64,000 bases of DNA from Mustelus asterias (Eukaryota). Made by a program: the position numbers and the translations under genes. Position 1 is the stretch's first letter; every line of letters starts with the position of its first letter. Where the stretch lies: contig NC_135825.1 of NCBI RefSeq assembly GCF_964213995.1, positions 12,214,001-12,278,000 of the forward strand. Reading direction: 5' to 3'. The notes below the pieces were generated by a model, which searched no databases, was not told the DNA's origin, and saw nothing but the letters and a program-made list of their open reading frames with translations. Positions 20,601 to 30,670 of the stretch are shown here, piece by piece.

Positions 20601-22679
20601 AAGCTTTAGATGTACAGTCTTGAAGGATATTAAACACAGAGATTTATACATTTTTGTGGTACTAACATAATCGAGGGATATGGGAATAGTACGGGAAATA
20701 AGATTTGAGGTTGGAGATCAGTCAGGATGTTCTTGAATGATGGAGCAGGCTCAAAGGGACAAATGGCCATCTCCTGCTCTTATTTCTAATGTTCATCTTG
20801 AGGGGGAGAGGTGGCAGTATGAATCAAAAATTCCATTGCAGCCAGCATAATAGCATCAGTTTAATATGGGGCTGGTGTGAAAATTTAGATTTACTTTAAA
20901 AAGAAAATGATTACATCTTTGAAGGTCAAAGTAGACCAACCATGTACAAGTGATTGGATGGTACCATGGTGAGCCCGGCTGCCTCACAGGGCCAGTGACT
21001 TGGGTTCAATTCTGGCCTCAGGTGACTGTGTGGAGCTTGCATATTCTCCCATGTCTGCGTGGGATATCGCAGGGTGCTCCAGTTTCTACCTACAGTCCAA
21101 ATATGTGCAGGTTAAGTTGATTGGCCATGCTAAATTGTCCCTTAATGTCCAAAGATGTATAGGTTAGGAAGTTAGTGAGGGAAATATGTGGTGTTACGGG
21201 GATAGGGCCTGGGTAACATGCTTAGCCGGAGAGTTGTTGCAGATGTGATGGGCCGAATGGCCTCCTTTTGTACTGTTGAGATTCTTTGAAGCAGATTTAC
21301 CAACAGAGCTTCATAAAACAATATTTCATTCGTAATAATTTAAATAATACAAACAAAAGAAGGAAAATGGTCTGTTGGCCTTCATAGCGGGAGGATTTGA
21401 GTACAGGGATAGGGATGTTTTGCTGCAATTGTACAGGGCATTGGTATGGCCTCACCTGGAGTATTGTGTGCAGTTTTGGTGTCCTTATCTGAGGAAGGAT
21501 GTCCTTGCTATAGAGTAAGTACAGTGAAAGTTGACCAGGCTGATTCCTGGGATGACAGGTCTGCTTTATGAAGAGGGACTAAGTCAGTTAGGATTATATT
21601 CACTGGTGTTTAGAAGAGTGAGGCGGGATCTCATAGAAATTTATAAAATTTGAACAGGGTTACAGAGGGTAGATTCAGAAAGAATGCCCTCAATGGTGAG
21701 GGAGTCCAGAACTAGGGGGTCATAGTTTGAGGATAAGGGGCAAACCATAAAGAACTGAGATGAGGAGAAACTTTTTCACCCAGAGGGTGGTGAATGTGTG
21801 GAATTCACTCCCACAGAATGTAGTTGAGGCCAAAACGTTGTCTGATTTCAAGAAAAAATTAGATAGAGCTCTTGGGGATAAAGGGATCAAGGAATATGGG
21901 AAGAAGGGGATCAGGGTATTGAATTGGATGATCAGCCATGATCAAAATGAATGGCGGAGCAGGCTCGAAGGGCCGAATGGCCTACTCCTGCTTCTAGTTT
22001 CTATTTTTCTATGTTTCTAATTGCAAACTTGAGGAATATTTTCCTGGAGCCTTTGTTGCCTCTGCAGTCTTCAGAGTCAATTCAATGAGCAATAATCTGC
22101 AATGGATCACAGGCATCTCTCAACTTGAGGGAGGGACAATTGGTTACATTTAGTGTGGGGGGCAGGAATGGGGAAAGGTGAGGAGGCAGATTTCCATAAA
22201 CTACCACAGCCGCTCTGAGGATTGAACCCCTGCCATTGGAATCATTCCGCATTGCACTCCAAACAACTGAGCCAATCAAACCCTCCAGTCTCCAGGATAT
22301 ATTGAGCATGAAACTACATTAACAAGTTAACTTTTATTGGACTGAAATGTGTGGCTTCTGCATTTTAATTATATTAATCATGTAGCTTTTTAACAAAAAT
22401 AAATAGGTTAATTTATATTCACAATCAATAATGCCGTTTATTATTTGCTGGGTAAATATTTCTGTGGTACAATACTATCAACAAAATAGCTACAAATATC
22501 ACACAAATTCATTAATTTATTTTTGCTGAGTTTTTGTAGCTTTACATGTCTCCAAGTATTTCAATATCTCTGCGGGATAAACCATGCACGAGACTTAATC
22601 TAACACTCATCATCTCGGGATCCAGCTTTGTCCCTTACTCACCAGGCAGAGAAAAGATGACAAGAATCAGAATCCACAT
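2588..22679 (-). CDS. IgSF receptor gene, copy A (leader to stalk; TM and tail exons expected left of the window)
   Basis: Exons 22643-22679, 19222-19542, 9195-9518, 8217-8525, 6632-6955 and 2588-2666, all open and phase-compatible. Confidence 0.82.
3865..4625 (+). mobile_element. Older Deu-type SINE (SacSINE1/AmnSINE-like), split by the SINE at 4043-4372
   Basis: gtgcagtactgagg...ctttcggatg head and gctgtgtgtaaattggctgc...acagtgac...cattggttgtaaagcgctt core. Family assigned from recall. Confidence 0.6.
4043..4372 (+). mobile_element. tRNA-derived SINE (HE1/V-SINE-like) with CR1-type tail (also 40998-41327)
   Basis: A box TGGCACAGTGG, B box GGTTCAAAT, V-domain-like core, (GATTCTATG)n tail. 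Confidence 0.85.
4982..6612 (-). mobile_element. 5'-truncated CR1 LINE
   Basis: RT ORF fragments (GVPQGSVLGP, KFADD), (TTCTATG)n tail, a frameshift and a stop. Confidence 0.93.
6632..6955 (-). CDS. Ig C2-type domain exon C2, copy A
   Basis: About 80% amino-acid identity to C1. Acceptor ttttccacag, donor G|GTAAGT. Confidence 0.92.
8217..8525 (-). CDS. Ig V-set domain exon V2, copy A
   Basis: Paralogous to V1, with DAGWYSC and a 4-codon deletion in the C-C' region. Acceptor tcttttcag, donor G|GTACAT. Confidence 0.9.
9195..9518 (-). CDS. Ig C2-type domain exon C1, copy A (FCRL/PECAM-like)
   Basis: EPVSVP, VSCES..GSLPIQYTW, YYCTASN. Acceptor tttcccacag, donor G|GTAAAT. Confidence 0.92.
9980..10146 (+). 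mobile_element. Truncated HE1/V-SINE-like SINE (also 46935-47101)
   Basis: Similar to 4043-4210. Confidence 0.75.
10155..10525 (+). mobile_element. Second tRNA-derived SINE family (also 47110-47480; related copy 32240-32680)
   Basis: TGGCCCAGTGG / GGTTCGAATCC boxes, shared aaacccatctggttcact core, A-rich tail. Confidence 0.7.
11532..11827 (-). repeat. 3' LTR, copy A
   Basis: Direct repeat of 15939-16234, preceded by the PPT. Confidence 0.95.
11840..15889 (-). CDS. gag-pol: Gypsy Gag-Pol polyprotein (2x CCHC, PR, RT, RNase H, IN), copy A
   Basis: Two CX2CX4HX4C knuckles, LFDSGS protease, RT (DLKSAYHQ, PFG, YLDN), RNase H (DAS...EKEA...TDQ), integrase HHCC and DDE. Likely start MEQILK at 15889. 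Confidence 0.93.
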   Translation of the reverse strand: MEQILKADRLTLDPRAVGAANTFDHWWKCFEDYLAASVAITTDSDKLQVLHARVSDMIYLAIRAAPTYPGAVELLKKRYTKPPNEIHARYLLATRRWQSGETMEDYANELLQLARGCDCKDVSAEQYMYDLARDAFVAGVGSSYIRLKLLEKGKLDLTQAMEMAVMLEAASKSLALYPEDHVQSTWLEQAQLPPRPANPRSQIDPTTAAAPGGQRCYFCGGAKHPRQQCPARTAICSQCGKKGHYGKVCRSKPKNGSAACNPPERRQSPSASQYPRGPTTCDPRMAPSWLTEEEEDHQESLHLAPSPMCDSWGRPSWSTTTRSDQQGSSASTSAACSDAQGPTVASISLDQTRHYRHENSMMDIKVSGRTVNCLFDSGSTESFIHPETAKRCGLRVLPAKQKISMASRSRSVPIQGRCMVTLEVQGTIYEQYRLLVLPHLCAPILLGLNFMVHMKSVILQYGGPLPSLAVGNQPQPPNCPKRPACNLSTLKITTPSLFKNLVPGCKPIATKSRRYSAEDRIFIRSEVQRLLKEGIIQASASPWRAQVVVVKSGNKPRMVIDYSQTINRYTQLDAYPLPRISDMVNQIAQYRVFSTIDLKSAYHQLPIRPEDRQYTAFEADGRLYQFLRVPFGVTNGVSVFQRAMDRMVDQNGLRATFPYLDNVTICGHDQQDHDTNLQHFLRTASRLNLTYNREKCVFRTRRLAILGYVVENGVIGPDPDRMRPLTELPLPASTKALRRCLGFFSYYAQWVPNYADKARPLIKSTTFPLTPEAQLAFKALKSDISKATMHAVDESIPFQVESDASDFALAATLNQAGRPVAFFSRTLQGPEIRHSAVEKEAQAIVEAVRHWRHYLAGKRFTLITDQRSVAFMFSNTQRGKIKNDKILRWRIELSTYNYDIMYRPGKLNESSDALSRGTCAIMQEDRLKALHNDLCHPGVTRLYHFVKARNLPYSVEDVRSVTRSCRICAECKPHFYRPDRAQLVKATRPFERLSVDFKGPLPSTDRNVYFLNIIDEYSRFPFVVPCADTSTATVIKAFSELFTLFGYPCYIHSDRGSSFMSNDLRQFLLSFGIASSRTTSYNPRGNGQVERENATVWKAVLLALKSRGLPVSRWQEVLPKALHSIRSLLCTATNATPHERMFSFPRKSSSGTSLPAWLTYPGPVLLRRHVRARRSDPLVEPVQLLHANPQYAYVAYPDGREDTVSIRDLAPAGDVATPVAPIPPVTNPLLLIASRDVARSAPGPVHNTFTPMYSLPETREIGATIITTTTTTKGSRIPCTIASPGPTGPGVLEGTARRCFGKNATASTCSGFATGVEEITASVRSSRPSGLVNSVYMTCFFLHPATFCS
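15939..16234 (-). repeat. 5' LTR, copy A
   Basis: Contains TATAAG and AATAAA on the minus strand. Confidence 0.95.
16255..16785 (+). mobile_element. CR1 3' fragment (also 53210-53741)
   Basis: HLEYCVQFWSPH...LERVQ...FFTQRVV, with a (TTCTTTG)n tail. Confidence 0.9.
16880..18676 (-). mobile_element. Young 5'-truncated CR1 LINE (uninterrupted ORF2 RT region), copy A only
   Basis: Uninterrupted ORF2 (KSPGPDG, NYRPISL, GVPQGSVLGP, KFADD), (TCTTATGG)n 3' tail. Empty site at ~53835 in copy B. Confidence 0.95.
19222..19542 (-). CDS. Ig V-set domain exon V1, copy A (CD300/pIgR-like)
   Basis: GRSITINC..Y, KYWC...C (extra CC' cysteine pair), DxGWYxC. Acceptor ctcctcag, donor G|GTACAT, phase 1-1. Confidence 0.93.
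20234..20335 (+). repeat. ~21-bp tandem repeat (GGAAAGTTACTCTTTGGRAGRG), about 5 copies (also 55397-55498)
   Basis: Directly visible. Confidence 0.85.
20545..20790 (+). mobile_element. Old CR1 3'-end fragment (also ~55708-55953)
   Basis: Degenerate MRR.FFTQ.V..LWNSLP similarity plus CR1 3' UTR. Confidence 0.65.
20960..21285 (+). mobile_element. HE1/V-SINE-like SINE (also 56123-56448)
   Basis: Homologous to 4043-4372. Confidence 0.75.
21360..22020 (+). mobile_element. CR1 3' fragment (also 56523-57183)
   Basis: LEYCVQFW..., MRRNFFTQRVVNVWNSLP, and tail. Confidence 0.88.
22643..22679 (-). CDS. Leader (signal peptide) exon, copy A: MWILILVIFSLP
   Basis: ATG, hydrophobic run, phase-1 donor G|GTGAGT. 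Joins to VSGALWA in the next exon to complete a signal peptide. Confidence 0.85.
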
Positions 22680-22771
22680 TGTTATCTTGGCAATGTTTCG
22701 ATCAGTATTTATCGTCTGTCACCCAGCTCTTTGTTGAGATGTTGAAAGGCGGATCCAATAAACTCTGATAC

Positions 22772-23111
22772 GGAAACGAAATAAGATTGAAGAAAGCAGC
22801 AAGCCAGGCCTCAGGAAATTCCACCCTTCAGAAAGCTCCAGGACGGAGGTCCCAGCTGGCCATTGCCATCACTGGTTGTGCCAGCTCTAAAGATCCCCTT
22901 TAGCTGCTGATCTCCTTGTTCCAGCAGGCACAGCTCTATATCTGCACCTTTGGTGACCTTTGGACGGTTACTGTCCGGCTTTGACAGTGTCGCTCAGTGT
23001 GGTTGATGACATCATGGGAGGTGTGATTCACCCTGACACTTCCTGCACTGTTGCTGAAAACAGAAAGGCCCCGAATTTGCTGAAAATACCACAGTGTGTA
23101 AACTGGCCAAT
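22772..23111 (-). promoter_or_regulatory. Putative proximal promoter of the receptor gene (copy A)
   Basis: Within 450 bp upstream of the ATG: GGAAACGAAA (Ets-IRF composite), GGAAATTCCA (kB-like), TGTGGTT (RUNX), TGACATCA (CRE-like), ACTTCCTG (Ets), CCAAT. Confidence 0.45.
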
Positions 23112-23479
23112 GAACTGAGACAATGAAGAGATGTCAAACGAAATAAACAGGCCACAGAATGTTCAGTCTCGTAACATCATCCTCCCTGGCCCAGAATGCG
23201 AACAATTATAAACTCTGGAGTTTCCCTTTCTCCTGGATTGAATTAATGACCTGGATTTTCCAATGAGAGGAACGGCGAAGGTTAACAAACATTCACTGTT
23301 ATTATGGAGTAAATGAGGTGGTAAATATCATGGCTGATATTTTTCTCATCCCCATTCTCCTGCCTTTTCCCCATAACCCCTGACCCCCTTATTAATCCAG
23401 AACCGATCTATCTCTGTCTTAGCACAGCCAATCCACCTAACCTACACATCTTTGGACACTAAGGGACAATTTAGCAACT

Positions 23480-23656
23480 CCCCTCCCCCCCCCCTTGCCC
23501 CCAGTCCCCCCCCCCCCTTTGCCCCCAAGTCCCACCCCCTTTGCCCCCAGTCCCCACCCCTTGCCCCCAGTCCTCCCCCTTTGCCCCCAGTCCCCCCCCC
23601 TTTGCCCCCAGTCCCCCCCCTTTTCCCCCAGTCCCCCCCCCCCACTTTGCCCCCAG
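23480..23656. repeat. C-rich ~19-bp minisatellite (CCCCCTTTGCCCCCAGT)n (also 58643-58819)
   Basis: About 9 units; G-tracts on the minus strand. Confidence 0.9.
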
Positions 23657-23829
23657 TTCAGAGAGGATGGTGGGTGCAATTGATAGGGGGAGGAGGGTCA
23701 TGAATCAGGAATGGTCCCTCCCACTTGTGAAAATTGAGGATTTGGGACTGAGTTTGACTATTGTTCAGTGAGCCAACTCCGGCACAATGAGCTGAATCAA
23801 TTCCTTCTGTTCTGTAGTTTCTAGAGGGC

Positions 23830-24840
23830 GGGGGGTGATTCTCGTGATCTGCAACTTTTCCGGCCGGTCAGGCTGGGTGCTACGCGTCCTCGGCCTTTTT
23901 CTGGGATTTGCGCATGCGCCGGGAATACATGCGCTTCTCCCAGAGACGGAGAATAGTCGGAGTCCAGACCACGCTGGAAATCGGCGGGAAGACGGGTAAG
24001 TGATTTGCAATTATCGGGAACTTGCCGGGCCCGATTGAATCTCCCACCCCACCAGGAGCACTTCATTCCGGCGGGGTTTAGAGAAGATCCCCACATTCGG
24101 GGAACTAGCGGGAGACCCCGCCGGAATGAAGGGCGCAACATCGGAGCCCCGCAGCGGGTCAGGTGCGGGGGTCAGGTGCCGCCCTGGGCATGGACACCCT
24201 GGCAGTGCCAGCCTGTGCCCCCGGCACTGCACAAGGTGCCAATTGTCCATGCCCAGAGAGTGCCTTGGCGCTGCCACTGGGCATCGGGCAATGACAAGGG
24301 GGCAAGGCCCATTGTGGGTGGAGCCGAGGGGTAATCAGTGGGGGGAGTGTCCCGCTGCCACTCTGCATGGTGATCGGTCTGGGCTGGGTGGAAGCCAGCG
24401 ATCAGGGCAGGCTGTGGCGTGGGGTGGGGGGGTTCTGCTGGGGTGAGGGTGAGGGTGGTGGTGGGATCGCCACCAATGGGTGGGTGTGCTGGTCATCGGG
24501 ACGCTCTGGGGCGGGGGATGGGTCAGAGCTGGCCCAGGAATTGTCTTGAGGGCCGCGATCAAGGTGTGTGGGGGGCCTGAGGGACAGCACTGTGGGGGTC
24601 CCGGGCTGGCCAGCAAACGGGGAGACTGACAGATCGGGGCCACTGCACATGCTCAGAGTTCCGGAGCTGTCAGACTCCGGCGTGAATAGGCCCCGCCCCC
24701 TGGGTGTTCAATAAGATTCCCGATTGTGACCTCGGCATTGCACAGAGTGCGGAGATTCGAGTGAGAAACTGCACTGAAAAAACAGTCGTGATCCAGAACA
24801 GTTTTCCCACAAATTCAGCACTTTTGGGAGAATCGCCCCA
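23830..24840. mobile_element. GC-rich non-autonomous element with short TIRs (MITE-like; also ~58993-59990)
   Basis: Ends GGGGTGATTCTC ... GAGAATCGCCCC. A related terminus at ~25598 and a related body at 10540-10955. Confidence 0.5.
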
Positions 24841-26116
24841 TAGGTTTCTAATATTCACTCCCTGATGCCTCTCTCTGGGGTAACTTGTCCGCACCATGGT
24901 GGAGCTGATATGATCCCTGGTCATTCCTTCTTCACCCTGAATCATCTGATGTTCAATAAATGTAGCAACCCCCGTGCTGTTTGCCTGTGACAAATTCTGT
25001 ATCAATGCTGATCTTCTCACTGCTGCAAACATAGCTCTGCATTTGGTATCTGACACCTATTGTACATTCACAGGGTTTCTGTCTCACACCACCCTGAGGA
25101 TAGCAACACATTTTTCTTGCAGATTCAAACCATGAACATTGCAAGTTGCAGCAAACATGAAGCCACATTTATTTCCAATGTCAATCTCTCTCTTTGCCTT
25201 TCTCATCAACCGTTAAAGAATTTGAGGAGTTAACGGAATATTGCTGTAAATTGGTGCTTATTTAGGATGGAGTCGTCACTCACAGAATTCCATACTCAAT
25301 AAAAAATGATCAAACATTGGAATCATTTGGAAAATTCAGAACTCTGATTACAATCTGTTACACGTGGGTAAGAACTTCACTCTGAGTAAATCTAAAGTTA
25401 GGACTCTCACTGACCACAGCCTTGGGTGGAGAAACATGTTTATTTTTTATTATTAACTCATTCGTGGAATCAGCAACAACAGCAATAACTTTCTCTTTAT
25501 AAAGTACCTTTCACTCAGCAAAACCTCCTCCGACATTTTACAGGAATGTCATCAGACAAGTGTTGCTGCTGAGGCAAAGATTAGAGGGGGGGAGGGGGGG
25601 GCGATTCTCCCATTCCGACCCGTGAAGTTTTGGGCGCGTCGGGTTGGGAGATGTGCGTGTCGGCCATTTCGCGGGATCCCCGCGAGCGTTTACGACCCAC
25701 GCGCATCTCCCAACCGGAAAAAAAATGGCACCGTTGGGACCGCGCTGAAAACCGGCCTACCACTAATTTGCATCACTTACCATGCTTTCGCATGCTATTA
25801 TTGGGAGTTACTGGCTGCTTTTTACATCTCCTCCATTAGCTTTGAGAAAATGGGGGATCTTTCTTAAACCCCCCTGACTTAATGTAATTGTAACATTTAA
25901 CAATTAATTAGCCATTAAACGGGCCACAGAATGTTCAGTCTCGTCACATCAGCCTCCCTGGCCCAGAATGTGAACAATTATACACTCTGGAGTTTCACTC
26001 TCTCCTGTATTGAATTATTGACCTGGATTTTCCAATGAGAGGAACGGCGAAGGTTAACAACCATTCACTGTTATTATGGAGTAAATGAGGCGGTAAAGAG
26101 GGTACGCATGTGCAAT

Positions 26117-27280
26117 TAGAATCATAGAATCATAAAATCATAGAATCATGCAGCACAGAAAAGGTCCTTCAGCCAATCGAGTCCACATCGACACATTAGA
26201 AATATCTTAACCACCACCTAATGCCATCTGCCAGCACTTGGCCCCTCGCCATGAATTTTATGATGTGTCAAGTGCTCATCCAGGTAATTTTTAATGGATG
26301 TGAGGCAACCTGCCTCTACCACCCCCCCAGGCAACGCATTCCAGACCATCACCACCCTCTGGTTAAAAACGCTTTTCCTCACATCCCCCATAAACCTTCT
26401 GCCCCTCACCTTGAACCTGTGTCCCCTTGTGACTGACCCTTCAACGAAAGGGAACAGCTGCTCCATTTCCACTCTGTGCATGTCCCCTGTAGTCTTGTAC
26501 ACCTCGATCAGGTCGCCTCTCAATCTTCTCTGCTCCAACGAAAACAACCCAATCCTATCCAACCTCTCTTCATAACTTAAATTTTCTGTCCCAGGCAGCA
26601 TCCTGGTAAATTTCCTCTGCACCCACTCCAGTGGAATTACATCCTTCTGATAATGAGGTGACCAGAACTGCACAATGTAGTCCTGCTGTGGCCTCACTAA
26701 AGTTCTATACAACTCCAACTTGACTTCCCTGCTTTTGTAATCTATGCCTCGACTGACAAAGGCAAGTATCCCATTTATCTTTTTCACCACCCTACTAACA
26801 TGCCCTTCAATCTTCAGAGATCTGTGGACAAACACGCCAAGGTCCCTTTGTTCTACAGAACTTCCTTGTGTCCTAAAATTCATTGAGTACCTTCTGTCAA
26901 ATTAATCCTTCTAAAGTGTATCAACTCACACTTTAAGGGTTAAATTCTATCTGCCACTTATCTGGCCATTTGACCATTCTATCTGTATCTTCTTGTAGCC
27001 CAAGACACTCTGCCTCGCTGCTAACCACCCGTCCAATCTTTGTGTCAGCTGCAAACGTACTAATCCTACCCCCCACAGAGTCATCTATGTCATTTATATA
27101 AGTCACAAATAATAGGGGCCCAACACAGATCCCTGCGGTACGCCACTGGACACTGGCTTCCAGTCACTAAAGCAGCCTTCTGTCATCACCCTCTGTCTCC
27201 AACATTTTGAATTCACTTTATTAAATTACCCTGTACCCAATGTGCATTTACTACTTTACAAGTCTCCCATGTGGGATCTT
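26117..27280 (-). mobile_element. Degenerate CR1 LINE (also 61267-62430)
   Basis: 221-aa ORF2 C-terminal fragment, (ATGATTCT)n tail. Confidence 0.9.
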
Positions 27281-28357
27281 GCCATTCTGAAATGTACAAG
27301 TTGTGGCTCTAATTCCCCAGTTTCCCCAGAGGCTGTTCTATGCTGATACCTCACTGATAGAGGCAGCATGGAAACTGATGTAAAGACATGGGCCTGAATT
27401 TTATATCCTCCAAGGTTCAAGCAGGAGCTGAATGGGGCGGACTCGCCAGTCAGTCAGTGCGAGCACCAGAGAGGATGGTGGATACAATTGACAGGGGGAG
27501 AAGGGTCATGAGGCAGGGATGGTCCCTTTCACTTGTACAGTGCTCCATGGGCAGAGGATGCCAACAATCCAGTCCTCCAACACTGGCATACAGACAGAGA
27601 AATCCCAGTTGTCCCACCATGTGACCTGTTCATTATTGGAGATTTTAAAATTTGTTCAGGAACTTAAAAATTTGTTTTATTGTTATTTAGTTTTCATGGG
27701 AAATGAGTATTGCTGGCGAAGACAGCATTCATTCCCCATCATTAATTTTCCTTGACAAGGTGGGGGTATGCCACTGTCTTGTACAGCAGGAAATGCAGCA
27801 ACCCCCGTGCTGTTTGCCTGTGACAAATTCTGTATCAATGCTGATCTTCTCGCTGCTGCAAACACAGCTCTGCATTTGGTATCTGACACCTATTGTACAT
27901 TCACAGGGTTTCTATCTCACACCACCCTGAGGACAGCAACACATTTTTCTTGCAGTTTCAAACCATGAACATTGCAAGTTGCAGCAAACATGAACCCACG
28001 TTTATTTCCAATGTCAATCTCTCTCTTTGCCTTTCTCATCAACCGTTAAAGAATTTGAGGAGTTAATGGAATATTGCTATAAATTGGTGCTTATTTCGGA
28101 TGAATCCGTCACTCACAGAATTCTATACTCAATAAAAAATGATCAAACATTGGAACCATTTGGAAAATTCAGAACTCTGAGTACACGTGGGTACTCTGTT
28201 ACACGTGGGTAAGAACTTCACTCTGAGTAAATCTAAAGTTAGAACTCTCACTGACCACAGCCTTGGATGGAGAAACATGTTTATTTTTTATTATTAACTC
28301 ATTTGTAGAATCAACAACAACAGCAATAACTTGTTCTTTTTAAAGGGCCTTTCACTC

Positions 28358-28672
28358 ATAGAATTTTGCAGTGCAGATGGAGGCCATTCGGTCCATCAAG
28401 CCGACACAATGCCACCCAGATCCTATCCCTATAACTCCACATATTTACCCTGCTAATCCCCTGACACAATGGGGCAATTTAACATGGGCAATGAATCTAA
28501 CCTTCACATCTTTGCATTGTGGGATGAAACCGGAGCGCCTGGAGGAAATTCACACAGACCACGGGGAGGACATTGTGCAAACTCCACACTGCCAGTCACC
28601 CAAGTTCGGAATTGAACCTGGGCACCTGGCACTGTGAGGCAGCAGTGCTAACCACTGTGCCACCGTACTGCC
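28358..28672 (-). mobile_element. HE1/V-SINE-like SINE (also ~63500-63815); a further fragment at 303-445
   Basis: Reverse complement of the SINE head (ggtggcacagtggttagcactgctgcctcacag). Confidence 0.75.
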
Positions 28673-29134
28673 CGGTAAAACCTCCTCAGGCATTTTATGA
28701 CATCAGACAAGTGCTGTTGCTGAGGCAAAGATTAGATCAAAGAGACTGGTCAGTTTTAGGGAGAGGTTGCTGGAGTTTTGCATCTAGACAATTGGAAACA
28801 TTACTGTTAGCGGTGTGGTGAAGAATTGGAAATACACGAGAAGCCACGGCTGGGGGAACATAAGATTCGCAGAAACATTTGTAAAGATAGGGACTGACGA
28901 GAACATGGAGAAATTTGAATAGGAGAATGAGAATTTAATATTGAGTTTATTTGATTTTGGGAACCACTCAATGAGCACATACACATGAGTGAAGGGCACC
29001 CGACAGGTGTCACAACAATATGTCATGTGAGATATGGAATAACACTCTTTAAATTTATCACCTGGACAGATATGCGCTGAAACTCATTAAAGGGGCTTTT
29101 GCCGAGCAAAGTCACGACATACAAACACACAAAT

Positions 29135-29450
29135 TAGGAACAGGAGGAGGCCATTCAGCCCCTCATGCCTAATCTGTCATTCAATGATATCATGGCTGAT
29201 CTGATTGTGACCTCAGCTTTATATCCCACTGACCCTGATAATCATTGACTTCCTTGTTAGTCTAGAATCTTCCAAGCCTCATCTGAAAAATATTTATTGA
29301 CTCTGCCTCCACCACTCTCTGGGAAAGAGAGTTCCAATAATTCACAACCCTCTGAGAGAAAATAAATCTTCTCATCTCTGTCTTCAATGGGAGAAACCTT
29401 ATATTTAAATGGTGTTGGTGAGTTGTAGCGTCTCTCAGCATCCACCCTGT
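29135..29450 (-). mobile_element. Old CR1 3' fragment
   Basis: KTEMRR..FSQRVVN.WNSL similarity. Confidence 0.7.
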
Positions 29451-30369
29451 CGTGTCCTCCATTAAGGGACCAGACCAGACACTCCAAGGTGTTTCATAAA
29501 GTTAGCCGAGACCCAAACTTTTAGATTTGATTTTGGAATTAGGGTGAGCATAAGGTGTTTTACTCCAGGTATGATTCAAGTGACCCACGAGGAAACTTTA
29601 GTCAAAACTAACTTTATTTAAGAAACAGTTAGAATAGAGCAAAAAAGAATTAGCATAACTTTTACCAAGTAAAATACTTAAACATGACAAAGTATAATTT
29701 TTACAAGCTAGCTATCGCTATTGTTCCAATTTAGCACATCCCCCAGTCAGACATAAATCCCATCTTGAGAAACAGTTCGCAAAGAAAGCAAATATGCTTC
29801 ATGAACACTTGGTTTCCAGCCTTTTAATACCTCTCGACAAACATCAGGACAGCACTTTCTAGAGAAGGATATATTCCAAACAACAGAACTTCAGAGAAGT
29901 AAACCTAATCTGTGGCAACTCCCAGTCTTCAGACTTCAGAATTGGAAATGGATTCCTCACTCTGCAGCTTCCAAAACATCACCTTCTCAGTGAAAGAGAC
30001 TTGCTTCCTGGCAAATTCCAGTCTCCAACTTCAGAGAGGGAAACTGAAAGGCACGACTCTCTAACAACTCAAAGCAGAATTTGACTTGATCTTTCTGTGT
30101 AAACCTAGCTCCACCTAGTGATACGACTGTACCTATCACTTAACCTAATCAAGCCCTACTCTGCAAAACCCCAGGGGCCCACTGAAAATCAAACAGAAAA
30201 ACATTAGTCCAGATTAAAACAAACATCCTTGCAATTAGGAGCAATTATGCTGCTGCAGTAACAACACACTGCTGCTGGACAAAGCGGCATGGATAACAAA
30301 AAGAATCTGCGAAAACAGACCTGCATAAGAAACGTAACAATACATTCCTTAATTCACAATATTTTCGCA

Positions 30370-30670
30370 TGAGCCAATCCTCTATCCATGCATGAATATT
30401 CCCTACAAAACCATCTTGCGTATTAACCTTTTGTATGGTACCTTATCAAATGCCTTTTGAAAATCCAAATATACAACATCGACTGGTTCTCCTCTATCTA
30501 CTCTGATTGATACCTCTTCAAATAACTCTAGTAAATTTGCCATTCATGACTTTCCCTTCATGAACCCAATCTGACTCTGCCTGATCACATTATAACTTTC
30601 CAAAGGCCCTGATATTCTTTCCTTAATAATTGATTCTGACATTTATCCAACAACTAAATTTAAACTAATC
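30370..30670 (-). mobile_element. Old CR1 RT fragment
   Basis: Reverse strand gives VVYLDFQKAFDKVP-like sequence. Confidence 0.7.

Larger units (their letters stand above)
1..28859. repeat. Segmental/tandem duplication, copy A (starts before window)
   Basis: Sequence from base 1 (tgtgacagagtgtggtaag...) recurs at 36956. The ORF track repeats at offset 36955, then 35163/35150 after indels. Confidence 0.97.

Noticed and set aside
23437-23771. Gly-rich and Pro-rich ORFs
   Set aside because: Translations of the C-rich minisatellite.
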